This document shows positions 49,572 to 62,131 of a stretch of DNA of 64,000 nt, piece after piece. Each line of letters begins with the position of its first letter. Positions within the stretch are counted from its first letter, which is position 1. The position numbers and the translations under genes were made by a program. The DNA lies in sequence record MZ234040.1. One strand, 5' to 3'. The notes under the pieces were generated by a model, which searched no databases, was not told the DNA's origin, and saw only the letters and a list, made by a program, of their open reading frames with translations. The DNA is from Escherichia phage vB_EcoM-G3G7.

Positions 49572-51826
49572 TTAATGTTATCAAAAGTAGTGGTGTTTCT
49601 CAGAGCTTTGACCCGCAAAAAATTATTAAAGTTTTATCTTGGGCATCTGAGGGAACATCAGTAGATCCTTATGAATTATATGAAAATATTAAATCTTATC
49701 TCCGTGATGGAATGACAACTGATGATATTCAGACTATTGTCATTAAGGCCGCTGCGAATTCTATTTCGGTCGAAGAGCCTGATTATCAATATGTAGCTGC
49801 ACGTTGTCTAATGTTCGCTCTTCGTAAGCATGTTTATGGGCAGTATGAACCGCGTTCATTTATTGACCATATTTCTTACTGTGTAAATGAAGGTAAATAC
49901 GACCCTGAACTGTTGTCAAAATATTCAGCAGAAGAAATTACATTTTTAGAATCAAAAATTAAGCACGAACGGGATATGGAATTTACTTATTCCGGGGCGA
50001 TGCAATTAAAAGAAAAATATCTAGTTAAAGATAAAACCACTGGTCAAATTTATGAAACTCCACAGTTTGCATTTATGACTATTGGAATGGCCTTGCATCA
50101 AGATGAACCTGTTGATAGATTAAAACATGTTATCCGTTTTTATGAAGCGGTATCTACTCGACAGATTTCATTACCAACTCCTATTATGGCTGGTTGCCGT
50201 ACTCCAACTCGGCAGTTTAGTTCATGCGTTGTTATTGAGGCAGGCGATTCACTGAAGTCTATCAATAAGGCTTCTGCTTCAATTGTTGAATATATCTCTA
50301 AACGCGCTGGAATTGGTATTAACGTTGGTATGATTCGTGCTGAAGGTTCTAAGATTGGCATGGGTGAAGTACGCCATACTGGTGTTATTCCTTTTTGGAA
50401 ACATTTTCAGACTGCTGTTAAATCATGCTCACAGGGTGGAATTCGTGGCGGCGCTGCTACTGCTTATTATCCTATTTGGCATTTGGAAGTTGAAAATCTT
50501 CTTGTTTTGAAAAATAACAAAGGCGTAGAAGAAAACCGCATTCGTCATATGGATTATGGTGTTCAACTGAATGATTTGATGATGGAACGTTTTGGAAAGA
50601 ACGATTACATTACTTTGTTCAGTCCCCATGAAATGGGCGGAGAGCTTTATTATTCTTATTTTAAAGACCAAGACCGTTTCCGTGAATTATACGAAGCAGC
50701 AGAAAAAGACCCTAATATTCGTAAAAAGCGTATTAAAGCCCGTGAACTATTTGAATTGCTCATGACTGAACGCTCAGGAACAGCAAGAATTTATGTACAG
50801 TTCATTGATAATACGAATAACTATACTCCGTTTATTCGTGAAAAGGCACCTATTCGTCAGAGTAACTTGTGCTGTGAAATTGCTATTCCAACAAATGATG
50901 TGAATAGTCCTGATGCTGAAATTGGATTGTGTACTCTCTCTGCATTCGTACTAGATAATTTTGACTGGCAAGACCAAGATAAAATTAATGAATTGGCAGA
51001 AGTTCAAGTTCGTGCTCTTGATAATCTGTTGGATTACCAAGGATATCCAGTTCCTGAAGCAGAAAAAGCTAAAAAGCGTCGTAACCTCGGTGTAGGTGTT
51101 ACCAACTATGCAGCTTGGCTGGCAAGTAACTTTGCTTCTTATGAAGATGCTAATGATTTAACACATGAACTATTTGAGAGATTACAGTATGGACTCATTA
51201 AAGCATCCATTAAGCTCGCCAAAGAAAAAGGACCTTGCGAATATTATTCAGACACTCGTTGGTCTCGAGGCGAATTACCTATCGACTGGTACAATAAAAA
51301 GATTGACCAAATCGCAGCTCCAAAATACGTTTGTGACTGGTCGGCGCTGCGGGAAGACCTTAAGCTCTTTGGCATCCGTAATAGCACATTATCAGCACTT
51401 ATGCCATGTGAGTCATCTTCCCAAGTTTCTAACAGTACAAACGGTATCGAGCCTCCACGTGGACCAGTCTCTGTTAAAGAATCAAAAGAGGGTTCCTTTA
51501 ATCAAGTCGTGCCCAATATTGAGCATAACATAGACCTTTACGACTATACATGGAAATTAGCTAAGAAAGGTAATAAACCTTATCTTACGCAGGTAGCTAT
51601 TATGCTGAAATGGGTATGTCAATCAGCTTCAGCAAATACATACTATGACCCGCAGATTTTTCCAAAAGGAAAGGTTCCAATGTCAATAATGATTGATGAC
51701 ATGCTATACGGATGGTATTATGGCATTAAAAATTTCTATTATCATAATACCCGTGATGGTTCTGGTACTGATGATTATGAAATAGAAACTCCAAAAGCTG
51801 AAGATTGTTCATCCTGTAAATTATGA
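49562..51826 (+). CDS. nrdA: Aerobic ribonucleotide reductase large subunit NrdA
   Basis: 754 aa as T4 NrdA; ATP-cone N-terminus; C-terminal CSSC-containing tail. Confidence 0.9.
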   Translation: MQLINVIKSSGVSQSFDPQKIIKVLSWASEGTSVDPYELYENIKSYLRDGMTTDDIQTIVIKAAANSISVEEPDYQYVAARCLMFALRKHVYGQYEPRSFIDHISYCVNEGKYDPELLSKYSAEEITFLESKIKHERDMEFTYSGAMQLKEKYLVKDKTTGQIYETPQFAFMTIGMALHQDEPVDRLKHVIRFYEAVSTRQISLPTPIMAGCRTPTRQFSSCVVIEAGDSLKSINKASASIVEYISKRAGIGINVGMIRAEGSKIGMGEVRHTGVIPFWKHFQTAVKSCSQGGIRGGAATAYYPIWHLEVENLLVLKNNKGVEENRIRHMDYGVQLNDLMMERFGKNDYITLFSPHEMGGELYYSYFKDQDRFRELYEAAEKDPNIRKKRIKARELFELLMTERSGTARIYVQFIDNTNNYTPFIREKAPIRQSNLCCEIAIPTNDVNSPDAEIGLCTLSAFVLDNFDWQDQDKINELAEVQVRALDNLLDYQGYPVPEAEKAKKRRNLGVGVTNYAAWLASNFASYEDANDLTHELFERLQYGLIKASIKLAKEKGPCEYYSDTRWSRGELPIDWYNKKIDQIAAPKYVCDWSALREDLKLFGIRNSTLSALMPCESSSQVSNSTNGIEPPRGPVSVKESKEGSFNQVVPNIEHNIDLYDYTWKLAKKGNKPYLTQVAIMLKWVCQSASANTYYDPQIFPKGKVPMSIMIDDMLYGWYYGIKNFYYHNTRDGSGTDDYEIETPKAEDCSSCKL

Positions 51827-51877
51827 TATAATTTGACTCACGGACGAGTCACCAACTATTAACTAAGCGGAAAATTT

Positions 51878-53056
51878 ATGAGCACAGTTTTTAATACAAA
51901 TCCAGTTGATGTTTTAAAAGAACCTATGTTTTTTGGTTCAGGTCTTGGTATTGCGCGTTATGATATTCAACGTCATAAAGTTTTTGAAGATTTAACCGAA
52001 AAGCAATTATCATTTTTCTGGCGTCCTGAAGAAGTAAACTTAATGATGGATGCTGCACAGTTTAATAAGCTTCCTCAGTATCAGCAAAATATTTTTACTA
52101 ACAACTTGAAGTATCAATCACTTTTGGATAGCATTCAGGGTCGTGCGCCGTCTGCTGTACTTATGTCATTAATTTCAGACCCAAGCCTTGATACATGGGT
52201 TGCTACATGGACTTTTAGTGAAACTATTCACAGTCGTTCATACACTCATATCATGCGAAATCTTTATACTGATCCGTCAAAGGTATTTGATGAGATTGTA
52301 TTAGATGAAGCTATTATGAAACGTGCTGAATCCATTGGACGTTATTATGATGATGTTCTGATTAAAACTCGTTATTGGGAAAACGCTAAAGCTGATATCG
52401 AATACCAAAAAGAAATTAATGCAGACGAAGACGTTATTGAAGATGCTATTGAGCATGAGACATATTGGAAGCGTGAGCTAATGAAATCTCTTTACCTCTG
52501 TTTGCATGTAATCAACGCATTGGAAGCTATTCGTTTTTATGTATCTTTTGCATGTACCTTTAACTTCCATAAGAACATGGAAATCATGGAAGGTAATGCC
52601 AAGATTATGAAGTTCATTGCACGCGATGAACAGCTTCACCTTAAAGGCACCCAATATATTATTCGTCAACTTCAACTTGGCACTGATGGCGATGAATGGG
52701 TTAAAATTGCTCAAGAGTGCGAGCAAGAAGCAGTTGATATTTTCATGGAAGTTAACCGCCAAGAAAAAGATTGGGCAGTTCATTTATTTAAAGATGGCGA
52801 TGTTCCTGGATTAAATACAAATAGCATGTGGAGCTTTATTGATTACTTAACTGTATCTCGTATGAAACAGTGTGGTCTTCCATGCCCAATTACCGATGCT
52901 CCGGTTAAACATCCATATCCTTGGATTCGTGAATATCTTAATTCTGATAATGTTCAATCTGCGCCACAAGAAGTAGAATTGTCATCTTACCTTGTTGCAC
53001 AGATTGATAATGATGTTGATGATAAAGTTATGATGAGTTTTAAAAAATACTTTTAA
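51878..53056 (+). CDS. nrdB: Ribonucleotide reductase small subunit NrdB, uninterrupted (no intron)
   Basis: 392-aa continuous ORF directly after nrdA. Confidence 0.85.
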   Translation: MSTVFNTNPVDVLKEPMFFGSGLGIARYDIQRHKVFEDLTEKQLSFFWRPEEVNLMMDAAQFNKLPQYQQNIFTNNLKYQSLLDSIQGRAPSAVLMSLISDPSLDTWVATWTFSETIHSRSYTHIMRNLYTDPSKVFDEIVLDEAIMKRAESIGRYYDDVLIKTRYWENAKADIEYQKEINADEDVIEDAIEHETYWKRELMKSLYLCLHVINALEAIRFYVSFACTFNFHKNMEIMEGNAKIMKFIARDEQLHLKGTQYIIRQLQLGTDGDEWVKIAQECEQEAVDIFMEVNRQEKDWAVHLFKDGDVPGLNTNSMWSFIDYLTVSRMKQCGLPCPITDAPVKHPYPWIREYLNSDNVQSAPQEVELSSYLVAQIDNDVDDKVMMSFKKYF

Positions 53057-53060
53057 GGAG

Positions 53061-53080
53061 TGGGCCGCAAGGCCCATTTT
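53061..53080 (+). terminator. Intrinsic terminator after nrdB
   Basis: tgggcc-gcaa-ggccca followed by TTTT. Confidence 0.5.
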
Positions 53081-53083
53081 ATT

Positions 53084-54671
<1,588 letters not shown>

Positions 54672-54674
54672 GCT

Positions 54675-54704
54675 GTTTACAAGCCCCTCGTGTTGTGTTA
54701 TAGT
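54675..54704 (+). promoter_or_regulatory. T4-type early promoter upstream of alc
   Basis: GTTTAC 54675-54680, 18-nt spacer, TATAGT 54699-54704. Confidence 0.55.
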
Positions 54705-54735
54705 AGTCTTACTGACATAACATGAGGACTTTATG

Positions 54736-55239
54736 ATGGATTTGCAGCTTATTACTACTGAAATGGTCGTTGAAGCATACGGTGATACTACAGATGGGAT
54801 TTCTGTATTCAAAGGAAATCGTCGAGTTGGATATATCACCGATCTTAAGAAAGATTTAGCTAAGCAAGTCAAGCGGAAAACGACCATTAAAGAATATCGA
54901 AATCGTCGTCTTGAGCAAGCCCGTGATATGCTTCCTGATGCGGTTGAGGAGATGAAAGTCTTTTTAGAAAATCAGCTTGCGAAATATGATTGCGATGTGT
55001 TCATTAATCAGACTCAACCTAATGTTCATATTAACAACTGTAAATGCTATATCATCGTTAATCCTTTAACGGGAAAACATCGTCTTGGAATTAGTAATCC
55101 AAATCGTAGCGCATCGGATATGGCAGAAGATGTTGCGGCGTGCTTTAAAATTTCTAAATCTCCGGCTGAACATCATATTTTAATTAACGGTCTTTCTCAA
55201 GACGATATTATAGAGGTTATTAAAACTTTATGCAATTAA
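54736..55239 (+). CDS. alc: Alc protein (blocks transcription of cytosine-containing DNA in T4)
   Basis: 167 aa from the second ATG; size and position match T4 Alc. Confidence 0.7.
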   Translation: MDLQLITTEMVVEAYGDTTDGISVFKGNRRVGYITDLKKDLAKQVKRKTTIKEYRNRRLEQARDMLPDAVEEMKVFLENQLAKYDCDVFINQTQPNVHINNCKCYIIVNPLTGKHRLGISNPNRSASDMAEDVAACFKISKSPAEHHILINGLSQDDIIEVIKTLCN

Positions 55240-55583
55240 GTAATACGACAGCAGGTTTGCTATTAATTGTAATTGCATTAGGCGGAACTTCTTTAATTTT
55301 AAAAAATAAAATTGAAAGATTAGAAACGTCTGTTGTAGAAATTACAAAAACGGCCAATGAAAACGCCTTAGCATTAAATAATTTGCGAATTCAGTATAAT
55401 TATATTGATGCGATGAATAATAAAAATCGTGAGGCGATTGCTGCTATTGAGCGTGAAAATGAAAAACTGCGCAAAGATGCAAAGAAGGCGGATGTGGTGG
55501 CTCGTAAGCCAGGATTGGTTGAAAAACAAATCAACAACTCCTTCAACAAGTTCGCAGAAGACATCCAGGACCTTTCTAAATGA
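55230..55583 (+). CDS. Hypothetical protein, 117 aa, N-terminal transmembrane segment
   Basis: ORF with hydrophobic N-terminus. Confidence 0.45.
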   Translation: MQLSNTTAGLLLIVIALGGTSLILKNKIERLETSVVEITKTANENALALNNLRIQYNYIDAMNNKNREAIAAIERENEKLRKDAKKADVVARKPGLVEKQINNSFNKFAEDIQDLSK

Positions 55584-55879
55584 TTAAACTATCAGCAGTA
55601 ATATTATCTATTGGTCTTCTAGTTGGTTGTTCGACAAAGCCTCTAGAAGTAAAGAAAGAAACAGTTCATCCTAATTGGCCTGTACAGATAAAGTCATATG
55701 ATGAAGCTAAACTATCTTGGCAAGTTAAAGTTATTGATGGTAAAGCTTGGGTCGGTATGCCATTTGAAGATTCCCAGGAATTTCGTATTTGGCTTAATGA
55801 TGTAAAACGATATGTACATGACCAAAAAACTATGATATGTTATTATCGTCAAGAGTTAAAAGAGGATAAATGTAAATGA
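55580..55879 (+). CDS. Putative lipoprotein, 99 aa
   Basis: Signal peptide with lipobox LLVGC. Confidence 0.45.
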   Translation: MIKLSAVILSIGLLVGCSTKPLEVKKETVHPNWPVQIKSYDEAKLSWQVKVIDGKAWVGMPFEDSQEFRIWLNDVKRYVHDQKTMICYYRQELKEDKCK

Positions 55880-56102
55880 TTTCATGGCATCAATTTGAAC
55901 ATCTCAAAGGATTGATTTATGAATCCGAGATGGCTGCAATGATTTATGGACGCCAGATTCAGCGGTTAGAATCTTTACCTCCAACTAATGATGTTTTATT
56001 AGCTCAATCCCGTGCTAATCTCAAAAATGAATATCAAAATAAGTGGGGTAAAGCATCTAAAGACCTGCATGATTATATTCAATCATTAGTTGAGAAAAAT
56101 AA

Positions 56103-56106
<4 letters not shown>
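55876..56106 (+). CDS. Hypothetical protein, 76 aa
   Basis: ORF with overlapping start. Confidence 0.4.
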
Positions 56107-57324
<1,218 letters not shown>

Positions 57325-57325
<1 letters not shown>

Positions 57326-57522
57326 TGGCTTGGCACCATGAAACTTGGGCTATTGTTATTGTAAATAGCGGTTTAGTTGGTACTAGTAATGGGCAATTTT
57401 GTGTATTTACTAGTGAAAATAGAGCATGGGAGGAATGCCTTAAATTAAGAGAAAAGAATCCTGATGTTGAACTAGTAGTAAAGAAAACTAAACTGCCTTT
57501 ACCATGGAAAACGTATGAATAA
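57325..57522 (+). CDS. Hypothetical protein, 65 aa
   Basis: ATG 57325 just after the pseT stop. Confidence 0.4.
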
Positions 57523-57715
57523 CCTAGAAAAGATTTATCGTCTTTGTGATAAAATTGAAAAAGAAAAGAAATATCTATTTTGTCTATGGCCTATTGTTGA
57601 CGGAAGAGTAGGCCTAGATGTTCTTGATTATGAAACAGAAGACAAAGTAGATGGCGCAACTTTTGATAACGCTTTGGATGTTATTGATTGGCTCGAAGAA
57701 AATTATGTGAGGTAA
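57515..57715 (+). CDS. Hypothetical protein, 66 aa
   Basis: ORF only. Confidence 0.4.
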   Translation: MNNLEKIYRLCDKIEKEKKYLFCLWPIVDGRVGLDVLDYETEDKVDGATFDNALDVIDWLEENYVR

Positions 57716-57717
57716 AT

Positions 57718-57993
57718 ATGTTTCCGACTTACTCTAAAATCGTAGAAGTAGTGTTTAGCCAAATTATCGCTAATAATATGTTTGAAAAACTTGATAACGC
57801 AGCTGAGCTTCGAATCCATGCTCAAGTGACTCATGTATTGAACACTTTGCTTCCAGACCAGGTGGATTCTGTTGCCATCACGTTGTATCCAGGTTCCGCG
57901 CATATCATTGTCGTATTCGGTCTTGATGCTGAGCTAGTCATCAAAGGCGATATTCGCTTTGAATCACAGACATCAGAATTCAAAGCAATTTAA
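57718..57993 (+). CDS. Hypothetical protein, 91 aa
   Basis: ATG 57718 after GAGG. Confidence 0.4.
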   Translation: MFPTYSKIVEVVFSQIIANNMFEKLDNAAELRIHAQVTHVLNTLLPDQVDSVAITLYPGSAHIIVVFGLDAELVIKGDIRFESQTSEFKAI

Positions 57994-57994
57994 A

Positions 57995-58024
57995 GTTTAC
58001 TTTACGGTAGAGTTGTGATATTAT
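57995..58024 (+). promoter_or_regulatory. T4-type early promoter
   Basis: GTTTAC 57995-58000, 18-nt spacer, TATTAT 58019-58024. Confidence 0.55.
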
Positions 58025-58054
58025 AGCTCTACCAAAACAAATGAGGAAATTGAA

Positions 58055-58582
58055 ATGAGCGAATGGTTTGAAGAAGATAAGGTTTATCGCTTTAAAGCTG
58101 GATATAAAGATATTTTTAATGAAACTTGCGGGGCTAATAAACGAATTGCCCAGTTTATTGGGGAAAATTCATTTAAAGTAAAAATAGATCCTGCGAAAAA
58201 TGTTATTAGCATTAAACGTGAAATTGATGATTGTTGGTATAAAGCTGTTGATGTAATGGGTGAATCCTATAAAGTTAGCCCGTTATTTTCAATTGCTTAT
58301 ATGTTAGAATATTCTTTTTTCGAAGAAGTTCAAAAAGATGATTCTGTAAGTAAATTTGAAATTAAAACTGATAAAGAAATTAAGTGGAAAGTAGTAGGTA
58401 TTACTGGTTGCATGTTTTATATCTATGCTCAAACTGATACAAAGGAAGAAGCTAAAAAGAAAGCTCTAGAATATCTTGAAGAGTATGAAGAAGGCCCGGT
58501 AATGATTACTCAAGATGCTGAATTAGTTTCTGTCAAATTAGTTAAAAACGTTGAAAGTAAGGAGCTGGGATCAACATGCTAA
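58055..58582 (+). CDS. Hypothetical protein, 175 aa
   Basis: ORF with GAGGAAA upstream. Confidence 0.45.
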   Translation: MSEWFEEDKVYRFKAGYKDIFNETCGANKRIAQFIGENSFKVKIDPAKNVISIKREIDDCWYKAVDVMGESYKVSPLFSIAYMLEYSFFEEVQKDDSVSKFEIKTDKEIKWKVVGITGCMFYIYAQTDTKEEAKKKALEYLEEYEEGPVMITQDAELVSVKLVKNVESKELGSTC

Positions 58583-58812
58583 GTGAAAAACCAATTACTG
58601 TTAAAGAATTCCAAGAAAAAGTTAAACTATTTGCGCAGGAATTAGTAAATAAGGTTTCTGAACGATTTCCCGAAACATCGGTTCGTGTTATTACCGAAAC
58701 TCCTCGTTCAGTATTAGTAATTGTGAATCCAGGTGATGGCGATCAAATATCGCATCTTAAACTGGATTTTGATGGATTAGTTGAAGCACAAAGGGTGTAT
58801 GGCGTACTATGA
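58576..58812 (+). CDS. Hypothetical protein, 78 aa
   Basis: ORF with overlapping start. Confidence 0.4.
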   Translation: MLSEKPITVKEFQEKVKLFAQELVNKVSERFPETSVRVITETPRSVLVIVNPGDGDQISHLKLDFDGLVEAQRVYGVL

Positions 58813-59147
58813 TGAATTTAACTGATATAATTGATAATTGTCTTGAAAATGATACTGGCGATCATAGAGCGCTTGATTCTGAAACAGCACAGTTCATTAG
58901 AATAACTTTAATGAATGATACTTTGGTGAATAGTATTCATCCTTCTGTGTATGATGCTATTATTGTGACGAAGTATCCAGTTGAGCTTCACAAAAAGATG
59001 GTTGGTGCAATTTTTATTGATAAGAAAAACCGCTTTAAAGATGGGCAGAATATAATTAGTTCTGTTATTAAAAGTATAACTAAACTTCGTCACGAAATTT
59101 ATCGTGTTGAAACTGCTAAATCTGCTTATCTGGTGATTATGAAATGA
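58809..59147 (+). CDS. Hypothetical protein, 112 aa
   Basis: ORF with overlapping start. Confidence 0.4.
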   Translation: MMNLTDIIDNCLENDTGDHRALDSETAQFIRITLMNDTLVNSIHPSVYDAIIVTKYPVELHKKMVGAIFIDKKNRFKDGQNIISSVIKSITKLRHEIYRVETAKSAYLVIMK

Positions 59148-59725
59148 AAGCGAGTACAGTACTTCAAATTGCATATTTAGTATCGCAAGAATCAAAATGT
59201 TGCTCCTGGAAGGTAGGAGCAGTAATTGAAAAGAATGGACGTATTATTTCTACTGGGTATAATGGTTCACCTGCAGGGGGTGTGAACTGTTGTGATTATG
59301 CTGCTGAGCAAGGTTGGTTGCTGAATAAACCTAAACATACTATCATTCAAGGTCATAAGCCTGAATGTGTATCATTTGGTTCAACTGATCGTTTTGTCTT
59401 GGCGAAAGAACATCGTAGTGCTCACTCGGAATGGTCATCTAAAAATGAAATTCATGCTGAACTAAATGCGATTTTGTTTGCTGCACGAAATGGTTCTTCA
59501 ATTGAAGGTGCTACTATGTATGTAACACTTTCTCCTTGTCCGGATTGCGCAAAAGCGATAGCTCAGTCTGGAATTAAAAAACTGGTTTATTGCGAAACAT
59601 ACGATAAAAATAAACCTGGCTGGGATGATATTCTGCGAAATGCAGGTATTGAAGTGTTTAATGTTCCTAAGAAAAACTTAAATAAGTTAAACTGGGAAAA
59701 TATCAACGAATTCTGTGGTGAATAA
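59144..59725 (+). CDS. cd: dCMP deaminase
   Basis: 193 aa as T4 Cd; zinc-binding HAE...PCPDC deaminase motif. Confidence 0.85.
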   Translation: MKASTVLQIAYLVSQESKCCSWKVGAVIEKNGRIISTGYNGSPAGGVNCCDYAAEQGWLLNKPKHTIIQGHKPECVSFGSTDRFVLAKEHRSAHSEWSSKNEIHAELNAILFAARNGSSIEGATMYVTLSPCPDCAKAIAQSGIKKLVYCETYDKNKPGWDDILRNAGIEVFNVPKKNLNKLNWENINEFCGE

Positions 59726-59961
59726 TGAAATTTCGTTTGGTACAGCTCACAGCAATTAGTTCTTATTCCAACGAGAACATTTCATTTGCTGTAGAGTATA
59801 AGAAGTATTTTTTCTCTAAATGGAAGCAGTATTATAAGTCAAACTGGGTTTGTATTGATAGACCACATAGTTGGAAATCTGATTTAGAAAAATGCCAAAA
59901 ATTACTTTCCACTCTTAAAGAACGTGGAACAACTCATATTAAAACTGTAATAGGTAAATAA
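59725..59961 (+). CDS. Hypothetical protein, 78 aa
   Basis: ORF only. Confidence 0.4.
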   Translation: MKFRLVQLTAISSYSNENISFAVEYKKYFFSKWKQYYKSNWVCIDRPHSWKSDLEKCQKLLSTLKERGTTHIKTVIGK

Positions 59962-60270
59962 ATGAAACTGACGACTGAACAAAAAGTAGCAATTCGTGAA
60001 ATTTTGAAAACTAAATTGTCCATGGGTGTTTCAAACGTAGTTTTTGAAAAGTCTGATGGTACTATTCGTGTTATGAAAGGTACTCGCGATGCTGACTTTA
60101 TGCCAACCATGCAAACTGGTAAATTGACTGAATCTACTCGGAAAGAATCTACTGATATGATTCCAGTATTTGATGTTGAACTTGGTGCATGGCGAGGTTT
60201 TTCTATTGACAAATTGATTTCCGTTAATGGTATGAAAGTTGAGCATTTGCTCCAATTTATTGGTAAATAA
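59962..60270 (+). CDS. Hypothetical protein, 102 aa
   Basis: ORF only. Confidence 0.4.
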   Translation: MKLTTEQKVAIREILKTKLSMGVSNVVFEKSDGTIRVMKGTRDADFMPTMQTGKLTESTRKESTDMIPVFDVELGAWRGFSIDKLISVNGMKVEHLLQFIGK

Positions 60271-60271
60271 A

Positions 60272-60296
60272 TGCTTTAAGAATTATTTGTTATTAT
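60272..60296 (+). promoter_or_regulatory. Possible MotA-dependent middle promoter upstream of gene 31
   Basis: MotA box TGCTTTA 60272-60278 about 12 nt upstream of TATTAT. Confidence 0.3.
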
Positions 60297-60326
60297 TAAT
60301 TCATCTGTTAACAAAAAGGAAAAACG

Positions 60327-60662
60327 ATGTCTGAAGTACAACAGCTACCAATTCGTGCTGTCGGTGAATATGTTATTTTAGTTTCTGAACCTGCACAAGC
60401 CGGTGATGAAGAAGTTACAGAATCAGGACTTATTATCGGTAAACGTGTTCAAGGTGAAGTTCCTGAACTGTGTGTAGTTCACTCTGTCGGTCCTGATGTT
60501 CCTGAAGGTTTCTGCGAAGTTGGCGATTTGACTTCTCTTCCAGTTGGTCAAATTCGAAATGTTCCGCATCCTTTTGTAGCTCTGGGTCTTAAGCAGCCAA
60601 AAGAAATTAAACAAAAATTCGTTACCTGTCACTATAAAGCTATTCCGTGTCTTTATAAGTGA
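60327..60662 (+). CDS. 31: Co-chaperonin gp31 (GroES-like)
   Basis: 111 aa as T4 gp31. Confidence 0.85.
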
Positions 60663-60670
60663 TATAAATA
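60663..60670 (+). promoter_or_regulatory. Possible late promoter TATAAATA upstream of rIII
   Basis: Exact TATAAATA about 140 nt upstream of rIII. Confidence 0.35.
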
Positions 60671-60809
60671 ATAATATGAATTGGGTGTCGGAATAATAAG
60701 TTAACCGAACAATTCTATGTGGTAGTCTACAACTGAGAGATCTGTCGAAAGAAGATGAAATTCAGAAGAACGTGACTACCGAGTTTTAATCTCTAACGAG
60801 AATTTTTAA

Positions 60810-61058
60810 ATGATTAAACAATTACAACACGCTCTTGAACTGCAACGAAACGCATGGAATAATGGTCACGAAAACTATGGCGCATCTATTGATGTTGAAG
60901 CCGAAGCTCTTGAAATCCTGCGTTATTTCAAACATCTGAATCCTGCTCAAACTGCATTAGCTGCTGAGCTTCAGGAAAAAGATGAACTTAAATATGCTAA
61001 GCCTCTGGCTTCTGCTGCACGAAAAGCAGTTCGTCACTTTGTGGTAACACTGAAGTAA
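60810..61058 (+). CDS. rIII: rIII lysis-inhibition accessory protein
   Basis: 82 aa as T4 rIII; position next to gene 31. Confidence 0.7.
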   Translation: MIKQLQHALELQRNAWNNGHENYGASIDVEAEALEILRYFKHLNPAQTALAAELQEKDELKYAKPLASAARKAVRHFVVTLK

Positions 61059-61456
61059 TTTATTGGAGAGTCACTGCCTTAGTGTGAAGTTAAAACGAGG
61101 AGCCGTCGAACTGTCTGATTAATGATTTGCGAATCATTATAGTTTTAAGACCCCGGCAGTTTTACGGTGTACCTCTTGAATGTTATTCTTATAGCGGCAA
61201 GTGCATGCTACCCCGAGGTGATGGCCAATCGGGAGTACGCCTCAAGGCCTATATATCCATCAGTATATATCTTATCCTCGAGAAATCGAACCCGGAACCT
61301 TTAAGCTAACGGTGTGCAACAGATAAGAGCTATAAGGTATGATGACGGGTTTATGGTTATCCTGGTCGTTAAATATCAAAAAACCTATGTTCCCCTTGAG
61401 GGCTTGCGCAGGCAATGCCAATAAGTCCTGCATTTTCATTTAAAAGAGAATTTATA

Positions 61457-61633
61457 ATGGCAAAACAAGCTAAAGCAAAGAAAGCAGTTGAAAAGAAAGT
61501 TGGTGATTCTAAACGCGCTGGCTACAAGCGTGGGTCGAACTCTCGTATCAATCAAACTGTTGAGAAGATCATGCGCCGAGCACGTGCGGTTCTTCGAGAT
61601 GATGCTTCTCGTTTTGGTAAGCAGAAAGCATAA
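61457..61633 (+). CDS. Small basic protein, 58 aa (30.9-like position)
   Basis: ATG 61457; Lys/Arg-rich; followed by a terminator; ORF-track alternative start 61415. Confidence 0.45.
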   Translation: MAKQAKAKKAVEKKVGDSKRAGYKRGSNSRINQTVEKIMRRARAVLRDDASRFGKQKA

Positions 61634-61637
61634 GTTG

Positions 61638-61663
61638 AGGACTCCTTCGGGAGTCCTTTTTTA
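61638..61663 (+). terminator. Intrinsic terminator
   Basis: aggactcc-ttcg-ggagtcct followed by TTTTT; identical hairpin to 6871-6896. Confidence 0.7.
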
Positions 61664-61686
61664 TTTTCCAAAGATTGCATAAAGTT

Positions 61687-61716
61687 GTTTACAGTATGGT
61701 TCCTTTGTGATAGTAT
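61687..61716 (+). promoter_or_regulatory. T4-type early promoter
   Basis: GTTTAC 61687-61692, 18-nt spacer, TAGTAT 61711-61716. Confidence 0.5.
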
Positions 61717-61743
61717 TATCTTACACAAACAAAGGAGAATAAA

Positions 61744-62076
61744 ATGAAAACGATTAATCTGAACGCTGCAGTTAAAACTAAATGCTTCAATGGTAAATAT
61801 GATGAAACTATGTGGTTCTTAATGGCAGTTGAAGGTGATATTATTGAAGTAGAAACAACAGAAGGTATGGGAACAGATTTCACCTTTACAATTCAAGTTC
61901 ATAATTTCTTTACTGGTTGGATTTATGAATTGAATACAGTAATCGTTGGAAAAATTGAACAAAATGAATTAGGTGAATGGTATTATGTTACAGCTCGCCA
62001 ACGTGCCGAACGCTTAATTGAGAAGATGAAAAAAGTTGGTAAACTTGACATGCAGCATTGGAAAGTAGTAAAATAA
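61744..62076 (+). CDS. Hypothetical protein, 110 aa
   Basis: ORF with AAGGAGAA upstream. Confidence 0.5.
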   Translation: MKTINLNAAVKTKCFNGKYDETMWFLMAVEGDIIEVETTEGMGTDFTFTIQVHNFFTGWIYELNTVIVGKIEQNELGEWYYVTARQRAERLIEKMKKVGKLDMQHWKVVK

Positions 62077-62078
62077 TT

Positions 62079-62108
62079 GTTTACTTTGGTACAGGATATG
62101 ATATTATA
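62079..62108 (+). promoter_or_regulatory. T4-type early promoter
   Basis: GTTTAC 62079-62084, 18-nt spacer, TATTAT 62103-62108. Confidence 0.55.
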
Positions 62109-62131
62109 TACCTGTACCGCAATTAAACATC

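Noticed and set aside
51826-51878. Free-standing homing endonuclease between nrdA and nrdB, or an intron in nrdB
   Set aside because: The nrdA-nrdB junction is about 50 bp and nrdB is one continuous 392-aa ORF.
61127-61309. 60-aa plus-strand ORF in the GC-rich interval
   Set aside because: No RBS, atypical composition (MRIIIVLRPRQFYGVPLECYSYSGK...); more likely non-coding.
61270-61340. tRNA-like T-arm signal (TCGAACCCGG on the plus strand, GGGTTCGA on the minus strand) in the GC-rich region
   Set aside because: No consistent cloverleaf could be built: the flanking complementary arms (cttatc/gataag) enclose only about 45 nt, and T-stem pairing fails.
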